A DNA stretch of 63,104 nt from NCBI GenBank assembly GCA_003427395.1, contig BFEA01000017.1:328017-391120 (forward strand). The letters run 5' to 3'. A program made the translations under genes and the position numbers. The DNA is from Chara braunii. Lineage: Eukaryota; Plantae; Charophyceae. The notes beneath the pieces are model-generated. The model worked only from the letters and a program-made list of their open reading frames with translations. It was not told the DNA's origin and ran no database searches. Positions 10,637-23,545 of the stretch are shown in pieces (positions within the stretch are counted from its first letter, which is position 1; the number at the start of each line of letters is the position of its first letter).

Positions 10637-13600
10637 ATGGTAGGTAACTATCAAGGAGGAGGCTTGCGGCTAACGACGCATATACCGGCAAATCTGCATC
10701 AGCAAAGCCCCAATGGGTCCCGGGCGCCAGATGCACACCCACAGAATCCACGCTGTCCTGCTCCCCCTCACCCCCCACCTCCAATACGAAAACAACCACA
10801 GTGGGCAAAAAAACTATCGGAGGCCAACCTTGACATAAGATCCCTTAATGTCAATGGACTAGCGCAGCCCAATGAACAAAAGAAATCGCCAATCTGGAAG
10901 ATGATGCTACAAGACATGGGGGGGAAATGGCCTGACGCCATTGCAGTGCAAGAGACACACCTCACCGACTCTCAGACACACCTAGCCAGAGCCAGAAATG
11001 CTTGGCCATACACAACATTCATGGCCCCAGCTCGATCCTCAGCATCCACTGGGGTGGCCATTGGGCTACCCCCCTCGTCAAGACTGGTCCCGATATATGC
11101 GGACTGGGACAAAACTGATGGAAGGTGGGTCTGCCTAAAAGCGGCATTGGGAACAAAGGTACTTTACCTGGTATGCGTCTATGCGTCCAATGACCCAATG
11201 CAGCGTGTTCAATTTTTTCTTGCCTTACAACAAATTCTGCCATCAGATGCCCCGGTCGTCATGTGTGGGGACTTCAACACCACCCTCGATCCGCGGGTGG
11301 ATAGGAGATAATCAGCACCATCGCAGCAACTCTCAGGTGTGAGGCCCCAACGGGAAAACCCCCCGGATAGCATAGTGCTCGCCCAACTAATGGCGGACTT
11401 TGACTTAATAGATTCTTATAGAGAGATGTACCCTTATAAAAGAGCCTACACATGCGTCAGATCTCGGGGTCCGGCAGGAGTGTCTAACTGGAGAATTGAC
11501 TTCATCCTTCGCTCAAACGACCTGGCTGGTTTGCTAAGTTGCTAACCACGTCAGCAATTCTCCCGTTTTCTCTCTGTAAATCATTTGATCATCGCATGAT
11601 AGCGATAGGTCTTTCCCTCCACACTCACATCACTAGGGGTCCAGGTTACTACAAATTTAATGCGTCTCTTCTAAAGCTCCAATCTTTCGAACAGCTAGTC
11701 AAAGGTTTTTGGGCTTATTGGTCATCAACGAGACCCGACGACGGCTCAATAGTCCAATGGTTCAACGAGGGGGTGGCAGAGCTAAGAGAAAGAGTTTAAA
11801 AATTCTCCATCCAGAAAGCAAGAGAACGCAAAGCAGTATTGGATCGCCTGCTGCAATAACTGGAGGAATGGGACATGCACCTGACTGAAAACCCTTTAGA
11901 CATTGAAACTTTCAATGCCCTTCAGTGTGCCAGAAGCCAACTACAATAGCACTTGGACATGCAAGCACAAAAGTGGAGAATACAGGCTAAAATTAGGAAG
12001 GACGCCACAGAAGGAACAATGTCCAAAACTTTTTTCAATAAGGCAAAAGCCAAAAGTAGACAGTCTACGGTACCGTCCCTTAAACATCCGTTCGGCGCTT
12101 CCCAACTGCCAGCGACAAATGCTTACAAAATAGTGGAATATGCGTCTCTTTATTATACAAACTTGTTTACCTCACAAACTGTCTGTACCCAGCCACAGAC
12201 GCTTGCTCATGCAAGGGACACATTGCTGACAACGCTTCCTTCCCTTCTGTCCACAACACAGAGGAATACTCTCGACGAACCTATGACCAATCGAGAAATT
12301 CTTTAGGCACTACAAGATATGACGACGAGAAAACACCTGGCCTGGATGCCTTCCCAAAAGAGTTTTGGCTTCACTTCTTGGAGGTTTTCCAAAATGACTT
12401 TATCGTCTATGTCAACGCCGTATTTCACGAGGAGACATTCGGGGGCATGCTGGAACAAGGGGTGACAACGCTGCTGTACAAAAAAAAGGGGACAAAGAGG
12501 ATATTAGGAACTATCGTCATATAACCCTCCTGCCCGTCCCCTACACGATTGTAGCTAAAGCATGGGCAAACAGATTGTGGCCCCTCCTCCCCCACCTCAT
12601 CCACCCGGACCAATCGGGCTTTATGTCGTTTCGTAACATACAAGACAACATCTTGTTGATTAATGAAACCATCTGCCACGCAAGGCAACGACGTGTGGAA
12701 GAGGCTATATTGTTCATAGATTTCGAAAAAGCATATGATCACGTCGACTGAGACTTCCTCGACATGTGTCTAGTCAAAATGAACTTTGGCCCACTTTTTT
12801 GCAAGTGGGTCAATACTTTCCATAGAACAACCTCAACGAATATCACGCTCAATGGTCACCTTGCTCCCCCATTCTCTCTGCAACGCTCGGTAAGACAAGG
12901 TGACCCCATTGCGCCAATGTTATTTGTTCTAGTTATGGAAGCATTAGCGGCAATGATGAAAAATAACCCTGACATTCACAAAATCTGAGTGTCGAAAATT
13001 CCGGATCACTTGATCCCGATTACCTCAATTTTTGCAGATGATGTCACAATTTTGTTCAAAGCTGACCAAGAGAGCTTTCGTGCGGTGGCTCACACTGTCC
13101 ATTCATTTGAGATTGCAACGGATATGAAAGTTAACTGGGGAACGAAAACGGAAGGCTGGTGGCTGGACCCCCAGGGAGAGCCTCCACCGCCCGACCCTCA
13201 AGGGACCTGGAAGCAGAAAGAATCAGCAATAAAGGTGTTGGGAGTGAACATCACAGCATTGGGCCCGCCGCCGGACCACGGTGATTCACTGGTGGAACTG
13301 GCAATCAGAAAGCTCTCGAACTGGGATGGCAAACCAACCTCACTGATTGGCAGAGTGCTGGCGATTAACAACGCCATCTTTGCATCCATATGGTATAAGG
13401 TGGCATTCTGGCAGCTCAACAGAAAGTAGATCACCAAGTTAAAACAGATGCGACGGCATACCTTTGGAAGAATAGCCACAACGACACCCGTGCCTTAAAA
13501 AGGGTGGCATGGGACACCCTCATACAACCCAGGTCACAAGGCAGGCTAAGAATAATTGACCCAGAAGAGGAAATCAAGGCGTTGCTTTTCAAAGTCTTGA

Positions 13601-13739
13601 TCCGCCTCCTTCCGGGGAACAACATCCCGTGGGCTCCATATGCCTACATCCAGCTGCATTGCATCGCACCCCCCTCTAACCCCCTCTGCCTGGTTCATCC
13701 GTTGCAATGGCTGGTCAACAGAAGTTGGTCCTTGCCCGT
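10637..13739 (+). pseudogene. LINE ORF2 N-terminal part: APE endonuclease plus reverse transcriptase (inverted segment)
   Basis: APE motifs SLNVNGL, AVQETH, GDFN, RIDFIL, SFDH; RT motifs DFEKAYDHVD, RQGDPIAP, FADD. Several stops and frameshifts. Confidence 0.93.
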
Positions 13740-13801
13740 TGCCTACATCACATCCTAAGGAAAGTGATAATATACACTGGTCTCATAGTTGCTATTGCTA
13801 C

Positions 13802-13803
<2 letters not shown>

Positions 13804-13835
<32 letters not shown>

Positions 13836-15060
13836 GAATCAAACCGATTCAATGCTAGGGGTGATGGTAGGAGAAGACATCACTAGCACTTCCGGGGGGC
13901 TCCATCCATTGGTGGGGAGCTTCACCTGCTGGAAATCGGGTCCAGCGTCCCTATACATATGATGAGAACATTGAGAAGTGAGCATGCTATGTGTATGTCC
14001 GATCTGCTTTGTATAGATTGAGCTATGGTATGCCCTGGGTTCCATCCGTGAATCTAACAGCCTTAAGCAGGCATGCTATGTAAGTGTACGTTTAACTGTA
14101 GTGAGCTTTTCCTATTGTCCATTGTGTATAATACAGTCTTAAGCAGGCATGATTGCTGTAGGTTGTGAGTTGTGAGTTGTGAGCTGTGACCTGTTAGTTG
14201 CGGTAGATGTGAGGGTTTTATGCCAATGTGTACCTGTCAATGCAACAAGTATATGAATGTGTAAATGTGTAAGCTGTGATTTCCTTATGAGAGGCCGTGT
14301 CTGTGAAGTTTCTACTGTTTATCATGCATTTTGCGACCTTGAGCGTTTGTTGTGTAATGGAGTTGCGGTGGGTTGTGATTTATGAGTTGAGGTGAATATA
14401 AGCACCATATATGTGCACATCAGTGTAAGGTTGTAACTTGTGACTATCCATGTGATAAGGTCGTGTCGTGTCTATGTTCGTGCATGGGGATGTACAGTTG
14501 TAGATTTGACCTATGAAGATTGAAGGGACGTATCCTTCCTTCCTCCCTGTGTATGTTTCCTGAGATCTAATCCCATCGCAGTTTCTCCGTGCATTGTCTT
14601 GACCGTGGTGCCCTCAAACCCTTTGACCCCCCTGACCCTGAACCCCGACCCCTGAAACCCTGAATCCTCTAAGTCCTTAACCCTGTCTCCTCTTTGCCGG
14701 ACACTTGACTGACCGATCGTGCTTGTCCCGATCCCCGTCGTGATGATGGGTTCTCCCTTTTCGTCATATGTCCTACGGATCCCATTGTGGCGGAGAGGAG
14801 CACCCTGGCTGGCTTGTTGGGGATGGGGATTGGACGCGGAGTAGGAAGAGCAGGTGGGTAGGTGGGTAGGGTGGTGTTCAGCAGTAGGCGGAGGGGTGGG
14901 GGTGGGGGCAGGAGAGGGGGGCGGAGGAACAGGAGTCTTGAACAAGGTGTTAGCAGGGGGTTGGGAGTTTTCAAGAATCAGTACAAAGTTTGTAGGTCGA
15001 TGTTGCATCGTAAAGTGATGTTGAGGCAGAAATTTCCATTGGCTCAAGATTGCTAACCAT
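13804..15060 (-). mobile_element. 5'-truncated non-LTR element (3' UTR only)
   Basis: T-tract at 13804-13834, conserved motif at 13899-13951; 14850-15050 resembles the post-ORF2 region at 8100-8390. Confidence 0.7.
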
Positions 15061-15491
15061 GGTTGTCATTGTAGGTTATGACTCCTATCCATATGACAAA
15101 GCCTGGAGTTCGGGTCCAGCCATGTTATGGAGCTTGCCGCTAAGGGAAATGTCAAGGGAGGAAGGCACTTCCTGTCCGTCAGAACTAGGTTGGTCAGTAC
15201 TGGGGAGAGTTGTGGCGCCCTGTTACCCTAGCAGAAGGGGGTATGAGATCAAGTGAGTTATGGTACGAGGACTGAAAGCCTGGACCGACATTCCGTCTGT
15301 TGAGGGGGGGAGTTTTGGATAGTAGGCAGTTTTAGTTTCAACCCCCCGCTCTCATATTTTCCAAGCCTTCTCGGATTTTTTCTGAATTTTACCCTATCTC
15401 ATGAGGAAAGTCTTGAGAATGCCCTAGGATTCTGGGCACCTCTTGCAACTCATTTTAGGTTTTCTTAATGCTGTTATATTCATGGATCTGC

Positions 15492-15492
<1 letters not shown>

Positions 15493-15529
<37 letters not shown>

Positions 15530-16840
15530 CCCTTCCCCCATACAAGAAGCCCGGGCGACTGCTAGGGATGCTGATATAATCAAACAGCACTAGCAGTTCC
15601 GGGATGGCTCCATCTATTGGTGGGGAGCAACACCTGCTGGAAATCGGGTCCAACGTCCATGTGAAGCACATTTGAATTGTAGTTACACAGTTGAGAGTCA
15701 CCATATGAGCATGTGAAATCAATCTAATTGTGAGAAACTAGTGTACATGTGGGTGTGGTGAGGTGAGCTGTCATCTGCCCGCACACCTATTGAACCTATG
15801 TGCAGTTACCATGACGTCTGTGCCAGCTGACGGTTATGCTGTAGCGGGCTGTTGTTCTGGCCAGCAACCAATTAATCCTAATGAGTGTCTATGCATTTAC
15901 AATGCACACTGTACTGGCTATTAGTTGAGATGCAGTCTACTGTACACACTGTGTACTGTCTATTAGTTGCAATGTAGTCTACTGTACACCTAGTACACTG
16001 TACTGGCTATTAGTTGCAATGCAGTCTACTGTACACACTGTGTACTGTCTATTAGTGGCAATGTAGTCTACTGTACACCTTGTACGCTGTACTCATTGGT
16101 TATTATTCAGTAGATGACAATGGGAACCGAATCAACTATAATCCAATCAAATTGTGATAGGTCAGTCTGCATGCTGTTTACAGTAATCTGTTTGTCTATG
16201 CTGTTGCGAAAAGCTGTGAGCTTATTGTTGTTGCACATCGTCTTTCCATGACGCCCAACCCCCGGCCGGNNNNNNNNNNNNNNNNNNNNNNNNNNNNNNN
16301 NNNNNNNNNNNNNNNNNNNNNNNNNNNNNNNNNNNNNNNNNNNNNNNNNNNNNNNNNNNNNNNNNNNNNNNNNNNNNNNNNNNNNNNNNNNNNNNNNNNN
16401 NNNNNNNNNNNNNNNNNNNNNNNNNNNNNNNNNNNNNNNNNNNNNNNNNNNNNNNNNNNNNNNNNNNNNNNNNNNNNNNNNNNNNNNNNNNNNNNNNNNN
16501 NNNNNNNNNTCGGTTGACAGCCACGGTTGCCATTGCAGGTTATCGGGGTGGTGTAGTGTGCACAGCCTGCCGTTTGGGTCCACCCACTTCATCCGGAAGT
16601 TGTCGAGCATATGTCGCCTCTTAGGTTCTTCTGTCTCATTGCGGAGGCCAGATTGTAACTCCTTCCAGGCTGATTGTGTTTGACAGAATATTGTGTCGGC
16701 GATCGTTGCTCTCGTTTGCAGAAAGCCATAGGTATGCTGACTCCTCTCATGGGCGCACCTCATTCGCCAAGCTGCCATGAGTAGGGCCAGACGAGAATAT
16801 TGGAACAGGTTCAACATAAATTGCGTCCACTGCATTCCTT
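15493..16840 (-). mobile_element. 5'-truncated LINE: poly-A, 3' motif, ~43-bp minisatellite (15900-16090), N-gap, ORF2 C-terminus
   Basis: Motif at 15607-15658; WTQFMLNLFQYSRLALLMAAWRMRC is homologous to 8462-8782. Confidence 0.78.
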
Positions 16841-18444
16841 CTAGGGGGAGTACTGCAAATAGAATAAAAATCCAGACCAACGAACAATTACCCATCCAAA
16901 CGAACAAACCAGATACAACCTGCAACTCTAAAGTTATCAACAAACACACCACAAAGCAACCAACAACCAGCAAACACCATTGAAATGAACACCAATTTTA
17001 CCAACGAGCCAACTACTCAAGCGACCACAAAACCTCACCAACAACAAATCCTGACTAAGATTCATTGCAAACTGGTCACTGTCGATCAAGTAATCCAGCA
17101 CTCGTAAGGCTACCCTGGTTGAAAAGGGGCAGAGGAGGTCATGAACCCAAATCATATGCGCAATGGAAGATAAGGGTTCTTAACATCCCATGCCAGACTG
17201 CAGAGCCAGTATCTATAAACTCGTTTGCCCAACCCTCTCCAAAATATGTTGATCAGTTTCCTGAGATGGTAAAAATCTCGTCGCTCCGGGCAGTTCATAT
17301 ACAAAATCTATATAGGTGAATCCGAGAGTCACACTTCACAACAATCACCACGACACCAACCCTAATTAAAAATTATCACAACCCTATTTATCGAACCATG
17401 ACCGGTACTACTCTATACTAACAAGACTCGGCCTGACAATTAGAATCTAGGAGAACACAATCATCTATACTCACCACATTGAACACAATGCTTGCAGTTT
17501 AGGGAAACACAGTCAATGATTTGTAAGAGCCCCAGACATAAGAAAATCTTGAGCAACACCTCGCCCGAAGTAGGAGCAAAGGCAACAGTCGACAACCCCG
17601 CTCACAGCTTAAAGTCCGTTTTCAGTGACGGTGGACGATACCGACGGCATGAAATATGTCATCTATCTCCTGAAAGTCGGCGTTTATCGATGCACTCTCG
17701 TCCTTCATCTTCAACTCTTCATCCAGATAAAATTGCATCCACTCCAGCAACGCAATCGTTCTCCGTATTTATAATCAGCGGGCAAAACCCCTGATCAGGT
17801 TGTAATACACGATGCAAAGATCTTGCCCATTGACCGACCCCACATCTCTCTCCTTCCTTTGGCAGCCAATCTAGGATTACCAACTGTCGTCGGCCAAAAT
17901 TAGGCTATGGTAGGTGCATGGTTGTGCCCCCTTGAAGCGGCCTCCACCTCAGCGTCCACATGCTCTATCGCCTCTCTGCCTTCGCCATACCCAACAACAA
18001 GTGCTGGCTTAGCGCGATCCCCCATTGTTGTGCATCCTATTAGTGACGTGCTAGCGCATCGTTACCACTACGCTAGTGCGTCCGTGCAGCGTTTTTCGTA
18101 AACACCCTACTTTTTTTTAGCTCTACCTTGTTTACGGCCTTCCCTCTTGTTACAGTCTCGTCCTTTTTTTTTTTTTTTTTTTTTTTTGCAAGCGGACACA
18201 TAAGGCCCAAACATTTTATTTTTGCCAAGCCACCTTGGAACCAATGAACTTTAAGAATTATCCCATTGTCCCACGTTTTACTTTTTTTTTTTTTTTTTTT
18301 AAGGCTCATTTTTTGAAGCCCAACCAATTCAATTACCTGTCGAATAGTGGTGGTTAAAGAAAAAGAAAAAAAAAGAAATGTTCTGGCAATCATTGAAAAC
18401 CGGACCTGCTGTTGAACTAACTACCCTGCTATTAGTGGGGTTGT

Positions 18445-18600
18445 TTTTTTTTTTTTTTTTTTTTTAAAGCTAAAGGCTCCATCTTTTGGTGGGAAGCATC
18501 ACCTGCTGGAAAACGGGTTCATCGTCCCTTGAATACATGAAGTAGTATGAATGATATGTAATGTTAGTTTGTCGGCAGTTTGGTTGAGTTTGTCGAGACA
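18445..18600 (-). mobile_element. Non-LTR 3' end (poly-A plus conserved motif)
   Basis: T-tract at ~18445-18465, motif at 18476-18528; the 5' boundary is undefined. Confidence 0.7.
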
Positions 18601-19794
18601 TTCTCACCCTTCTGTGAGGGCCAGATATGTACCGTAACGAGAAGAAAAAAAGAAAGAAAGGGGCAGCGGAGCGCTACCGGAAGCGCTCCTCCGCCCGACG
18701 TTTTGACGCAACGGCAGACTCCTTGGTGAGGGTGAGAAACAAAAAACGGTCGGGGCGCCATGATGGCAGTTTCGACGCGAGGACAAGAGTGCAGGGCGAG
18801 AGTACAGCAGATGGATGATGAGGTGGGAAAGGGATCGTGGGGCATAGAGGAGCAGGCTAGTGGTGTCCGGGCGTTGCTGAAGGTTCTCTTGTTTGTTGTT
18901 TCTGTCACGTGCTTGCATGTTTGAGAAGAAGAACACAGGGGCAACGTGTCTCGTATCATGGTCTGGTTGGAGAGGAGGAATGTTGCGGGGGGGAGTAAGG
19001 GGAGGCAGGCGGGGTTTCATGGGCTAGAGGGAGAGTATTACAAGAAGGAATGGATGGAGGAACGTAGAAGTAAGGTTGTTGAAGACATGTCTTCTTTAGG
19101 CGGGCGACGTCTGCGACGATGAAACCTCTTCATCTCTTTGAGCTACCTGCGAGGGGCGGCTGGCAGACTCAGCGATTTAGTCTCGTAAAGTGGTTTGGAT
19201 TGTTGTGATGATAATCCTAGCTACGGTCCTGTTATCTTCATCGTTCGGTCCTTTGGGATGGTTGAATAGTTGTCAGCCACAGGCGGCCGAGTTACTTGAG
19301 AGTCGATGAAGCAGGACTCTGAGGTGAGGTTTGGAGAGAGAGGTGGGTGCGCTTAGGGATTGTCAAGGGTAAGTTGTGTTCTTCCTCTTCACGTCTTGTA
19401 GTGATGATTATGTGATGACCCTGATGGGACTCTTAACGATGTGATTCCTAGATAGTTTTGTTTGGTTCAATACCTATTAGTCTTTCTAACCTTGAATTCT
19501 AGATATGCAACAAAACTATAACCGATAATTCTGATTCTGAGGTTTGAAAATCAAGATTAAGTCTAACCTATATTTGTTTGACCTAGTTTGATTGTCCATT
19601 TCTTTCATATTTCACATCATTAGCCGTATCGATTGTCGTATGTTTGGTTGTTGAATTACTTCCTGGGCAATACTCTTAGCCTGAGATTTGTAAATCAGAG
19701 GTTGGACACCTCTGATTTCTTAAAAGTAATTTTCCAATCTTAACTCAATCTCGTTTGATCTTCTGATTTGTATCGATGCTTAAATTCATGAGGT

Positions 19795-19797
<3 letters not shown>

Positions 19798-19826
<29 letters not shown>

Positions 19827-22800
19827 NTTTAACAGTTAAGGGGGGCCTCCATCTATTGGTGGGGAGCAACACCTGCTGGAAAACGGGTCCAGTGTCCCTT
19901 ACATCGACCAAAGATTGAAATCATCTGGAATTGTCTGGGACATAGTGGTGGAGAATTTCTGCCGGCATTGATTACCCTGGAGTCCAGGGGATCGACCGAG
20001 CAGGGTGTTGGGAGAATGGGCAGACCTCTTCGCCTGAATTCGGCGCCAGATTCGTCACTTATGCATTAGTCCTTCCTTCCCCCTGTGGTGTAGCTATGTC
20101 GCAGTTCATGAACTCAGATTGAAATGAGATTATTAATAGAACCGAAGCTACCATGCAACTGCCAAAAGGACTTTTGCTTCTACTCTTGCCTCTACAGTCT
20201 GACGTCCCTCCCTCCCTAGGGGGTTTATCGTTGAATTGTCCCTAGGCTGCCAGATGTGACCCGTGCGTGTGGTCGTGTTCGGGGGGCACCGGACTGCCAC
20301 CTCTTTTCCTTTATGTGACGTACTCAGTCAGGGAAAGTGGGTGGGGCGGGAAGGGGTCCGGGAAGGTAGCAGGGGGGCATAGGGGAAATGAGGGTTCAAT
20401 ATTCAGCTAGTCTTTAAACAGCAGTTTATAGTCCCTCTTCCTTTCTAAGTCTTGGTGGCCGTCTAAGCTGTCGTCGTCCCCGCTCCATTTGACTTCTACT
20501 ATCCATCCTCCCCTTACCCCTCCTAACCACTCCTGGCAGAAGGAAGTGATTGCTTTCTTGATGTCCTTTTTCTGTCGGCACAGGTCCAGTTGTGGCTTCA
20601 AAGTTTGTCATTTTTGTGTTATTTCCATCTGGATCTGTTGTTTTATTTGTTCCATGATTTCTGTTGCATCTATTTGGATTTTATCTAGAGCAAGCAAGCA
20701 TCATTGCCACCATAAGGCCCATAACACTGTCTGTCTCCCTAATCTGAACATATTGTCTTCGAAGGTGGTCGCCAGTGACCTGCCAGTATCGTCTGCCATG
20801 ACCAGGGCCAGGGGGATGAGGTTCCCATCTTCCTCCAGATACGTTCCCAACTTGTCCAAATGAACTGGGCAATCGGGCACTGCATGAACACGTGTTCGAT
20901 TGTCTCGGCCCTCTTGTGTGATGGGAAGCAATTAGAGCAACGTTTGCACCATGGTAACAATTCCCCCCTCTGTTCCAAGTGCGTACGGTCAACCAGCCAG
21001 TTATTCGTGGGCAGGCAACGATGAGCTATCTGCCATTGCAAGGAATTGATTTTAGCTGGTCGGGACTTCCTCTCCTGGAACCAGCGGATGGGTTTGAGAA
21101 GATTGATGTCCACATTTAGATGTCTGGCCCAACGGTCATTTATTTGGCCCTCAGGTGTCATTTAGGCCGTAGCATTTTGTAAGTGGATTTGACTGTCAGT
21201 TTGTGTAAATAAAGTCATTTCGGGGTATACCTTGATTGTCCTTGTAGGAGTTTCCAACGTCACTCTTCCGGGTTAAAAGGCAGGTCCCGAATGTCTTTGT
21301 GTGGATAGAAGGTTGACCATCCCTTTCCTTCATCCAGCACTCTGATTCTGATTACCTCTGTTTTGTCCACCCATTGAAGGGGTCTCTACTTTCTTGGAAA
21401 GTGCCCTTGTGTCCTACAGTGTAGTATTCTGTCAAGGTTTTTTGTGTGTCTGTCATATGTACTCTACCAACCTTTCCTGTTAGTCCAATGCGGGCTACCC
21501 AGTCCCATTCTTTTATTGATGGTCATTGTCTCAGTATTTGGTACCATGCCAAGGGGATACTTTCAATTATCTGATGTAAGTGACGCTCTGCGTGATGACA
21601 GTATCTGAGTGTTGCTCTCAGTTGTTCTATCCCCTTCCAGTTTTTTCTCTCGCAGTCTCATAGGTCCCCTACTCGAAGGATCCCCCGTTTTACCCAGCCT
21701 TCCCATGAAGAAGCCGAGCACATCATTACCCGTCCTTGCGTGTCTGTGATCCCTCTGTTCCCAAAGAGGGGCTGGCGGAAGACCTCCTCCCAACGGTCCG
21801 GGTCTGGTCTATCAGGAAGCGGGAGTCTGCGCCAGGTTTTAAGTAGGTCCGGCCATAACTCATCTTCTTGCCGTCCCGTCTGCTCCCCTCCGTATTGCTG
21901 GTCTGGCAGCCTCCTCGGTAGCCCCCGCGGGATTGCCCAGAACCTGTCGTCTATCCATCTCAGCGAGTGGGTCTCTGGGGGGGTTTCCGGTGCTAGACGG
22001 GACAGGTGTTCTAAGGCCAGGGGGGTCCAGGGGCTTCGGGCGAGAAGATCAATTTTTCGATCCACTGAAGCCGCAACGCTTGGCTTTGTATGGCCGGGTC
22101 GATGATCCCTAGTCCACCGCCTACATTTGGTTGTGTGACTGAATCCCATGCTACCCTACTGATCACGTGGGTGCATTCGCTGTCTCCTCGCCAAAGGAAG
22201 GCGGTTGCCTTGGATTTCAATTCTTTTAACGCCCTTTTGCTTAGGGGCCAGAGAAGAGATTTATACCAAAGGGATGCAAAGACCACATTGTTTAGAATCA
22301 GGGCCCGCCCAAAGATTAACGTGTGTTTGTTTTTCCATTCAGACAATTTGCTCAAGGTCGGGATGCTGATCCATGCATCATTTGTGGTTGGTTTACCTTG
22401 TGCGGTCATGGTTATCCTTAGAATTCGTAGGGGTGCCTCCAGCGGTAACCACCTAATTCTTGGTGTCTTTGGGGGCTGGCCGCCTTGGTAGTGGATCCAC
22501 CAGCCTTGTGTTTTGCTGCCCCAGTTTATTTTCATATCAGAGATTTGTGCGAATTTGTCCATCATGTGGTGAATTTCCTCCATATTTTGTCGAGTTGCCT
22601 CCACCATTATCGTTAGGTCATCGGCAAACAGGGAGCATACCGGGACCGCTTCTTCAGGGATGTGGGAGACCCGGATTCTAGAGATATCCTTCTTTGCTCG
22701 CAAGTTTGCCGTCAGGGCTTCTATAATGATCAAAAATAAAAAGGGGGCGATAGGATCCCCCTGACGTACCGACCGTTCCAGTCGAATGGGGGGTGTCAAT

Positions 22801-23545
22801 GACCCATTGACCTGTATGCATGTGGTTGCGTTCTGGTGGAGGATTCTGACCCATCTTCTGAAGTGCGGTCCGAAATTCATCTTCTGCAGACATTTTTCAA
22901 GAAAAAGTCAGTCTACGTGGTCGTAGGCCTTCTCAAAGTCTATGAAGATGATCGCGGCGTTGTGCTGGGAGTGCCTGGTTAACTGTAGTATTTCATGCAC
23001 CAGCAAAAAATTTTCCTGTATGTTTCTATTCTGCATGAATCCAGTTCGAGACGGGTGAATAATGTCCACCAGTACTGGAATCATCCTATTGGCCAAAGCT
23101 TTGGCTAACATCTTGTAGACGATTGTGAGTAACGTAATTGGGCGATAATTTCTGATGTTTAGTTTGTCCCCCTTTTTATATAGTGAGGTCAGCACCCCTT
23201 GCCCTACCATCAGCGCATTTCCAAACCTCGTTATAGTACTCCATTAGATCTGCGCTCATAAAATCCCAGGAGGTTTCCCAAAATTCTTTAGGGAGACCGT
23301 CCATTCCGGGCGTTTTTTCTTCCTTCATCTGTAGGAGTGCAGTCCATATTTCTTGTTTGGAGAGGGGGGCCTCCAATTGATCTCGTTGTTTCTGGGAGAG
23401 TCTTTTTTCCATGGGGAGTAGGAAGTCGTCTATCATTCTGTGTCGTGTACCGTTGTCTGCGATATCAATGTGGGTTGAGAATGGATCCTTGAAGAAGTCC
23501 CGTGTGATCTTCATGCAGCGGGTTGTTGTCAACGTTGGCATCCCA
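19798..23545 (-). mobile_element. 5'-truncated L1/Tx1-like LINE (related subfamily) with decayed RT and C-terminal CCHC
   Basis: T-tract at 19798-19830, motif at 19845-19898; KTPGMDGLP, NYRPITLL, DFEKAYDHVD, RQGDPIAP, LFADD, CKRC...EHVFMQC. Confidence 0.92.

Larger units (their letters stand above)
7698..13739 (-). mobile_element. L1/Tx1-like LINE with inverted 5' portion, flanked by a 17-bp TSD
   Basis: Poly-A tail (T-tract ~7698-7718); TSD TGCCTACATCACATCCT at 7681-7697 and 13740-13756; ORF2 C-terminus on the minus strand (~8400-9860); ORF1 end, endonuclease and RT on the plus strand (~9860-13739). Confidence 0.9.
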
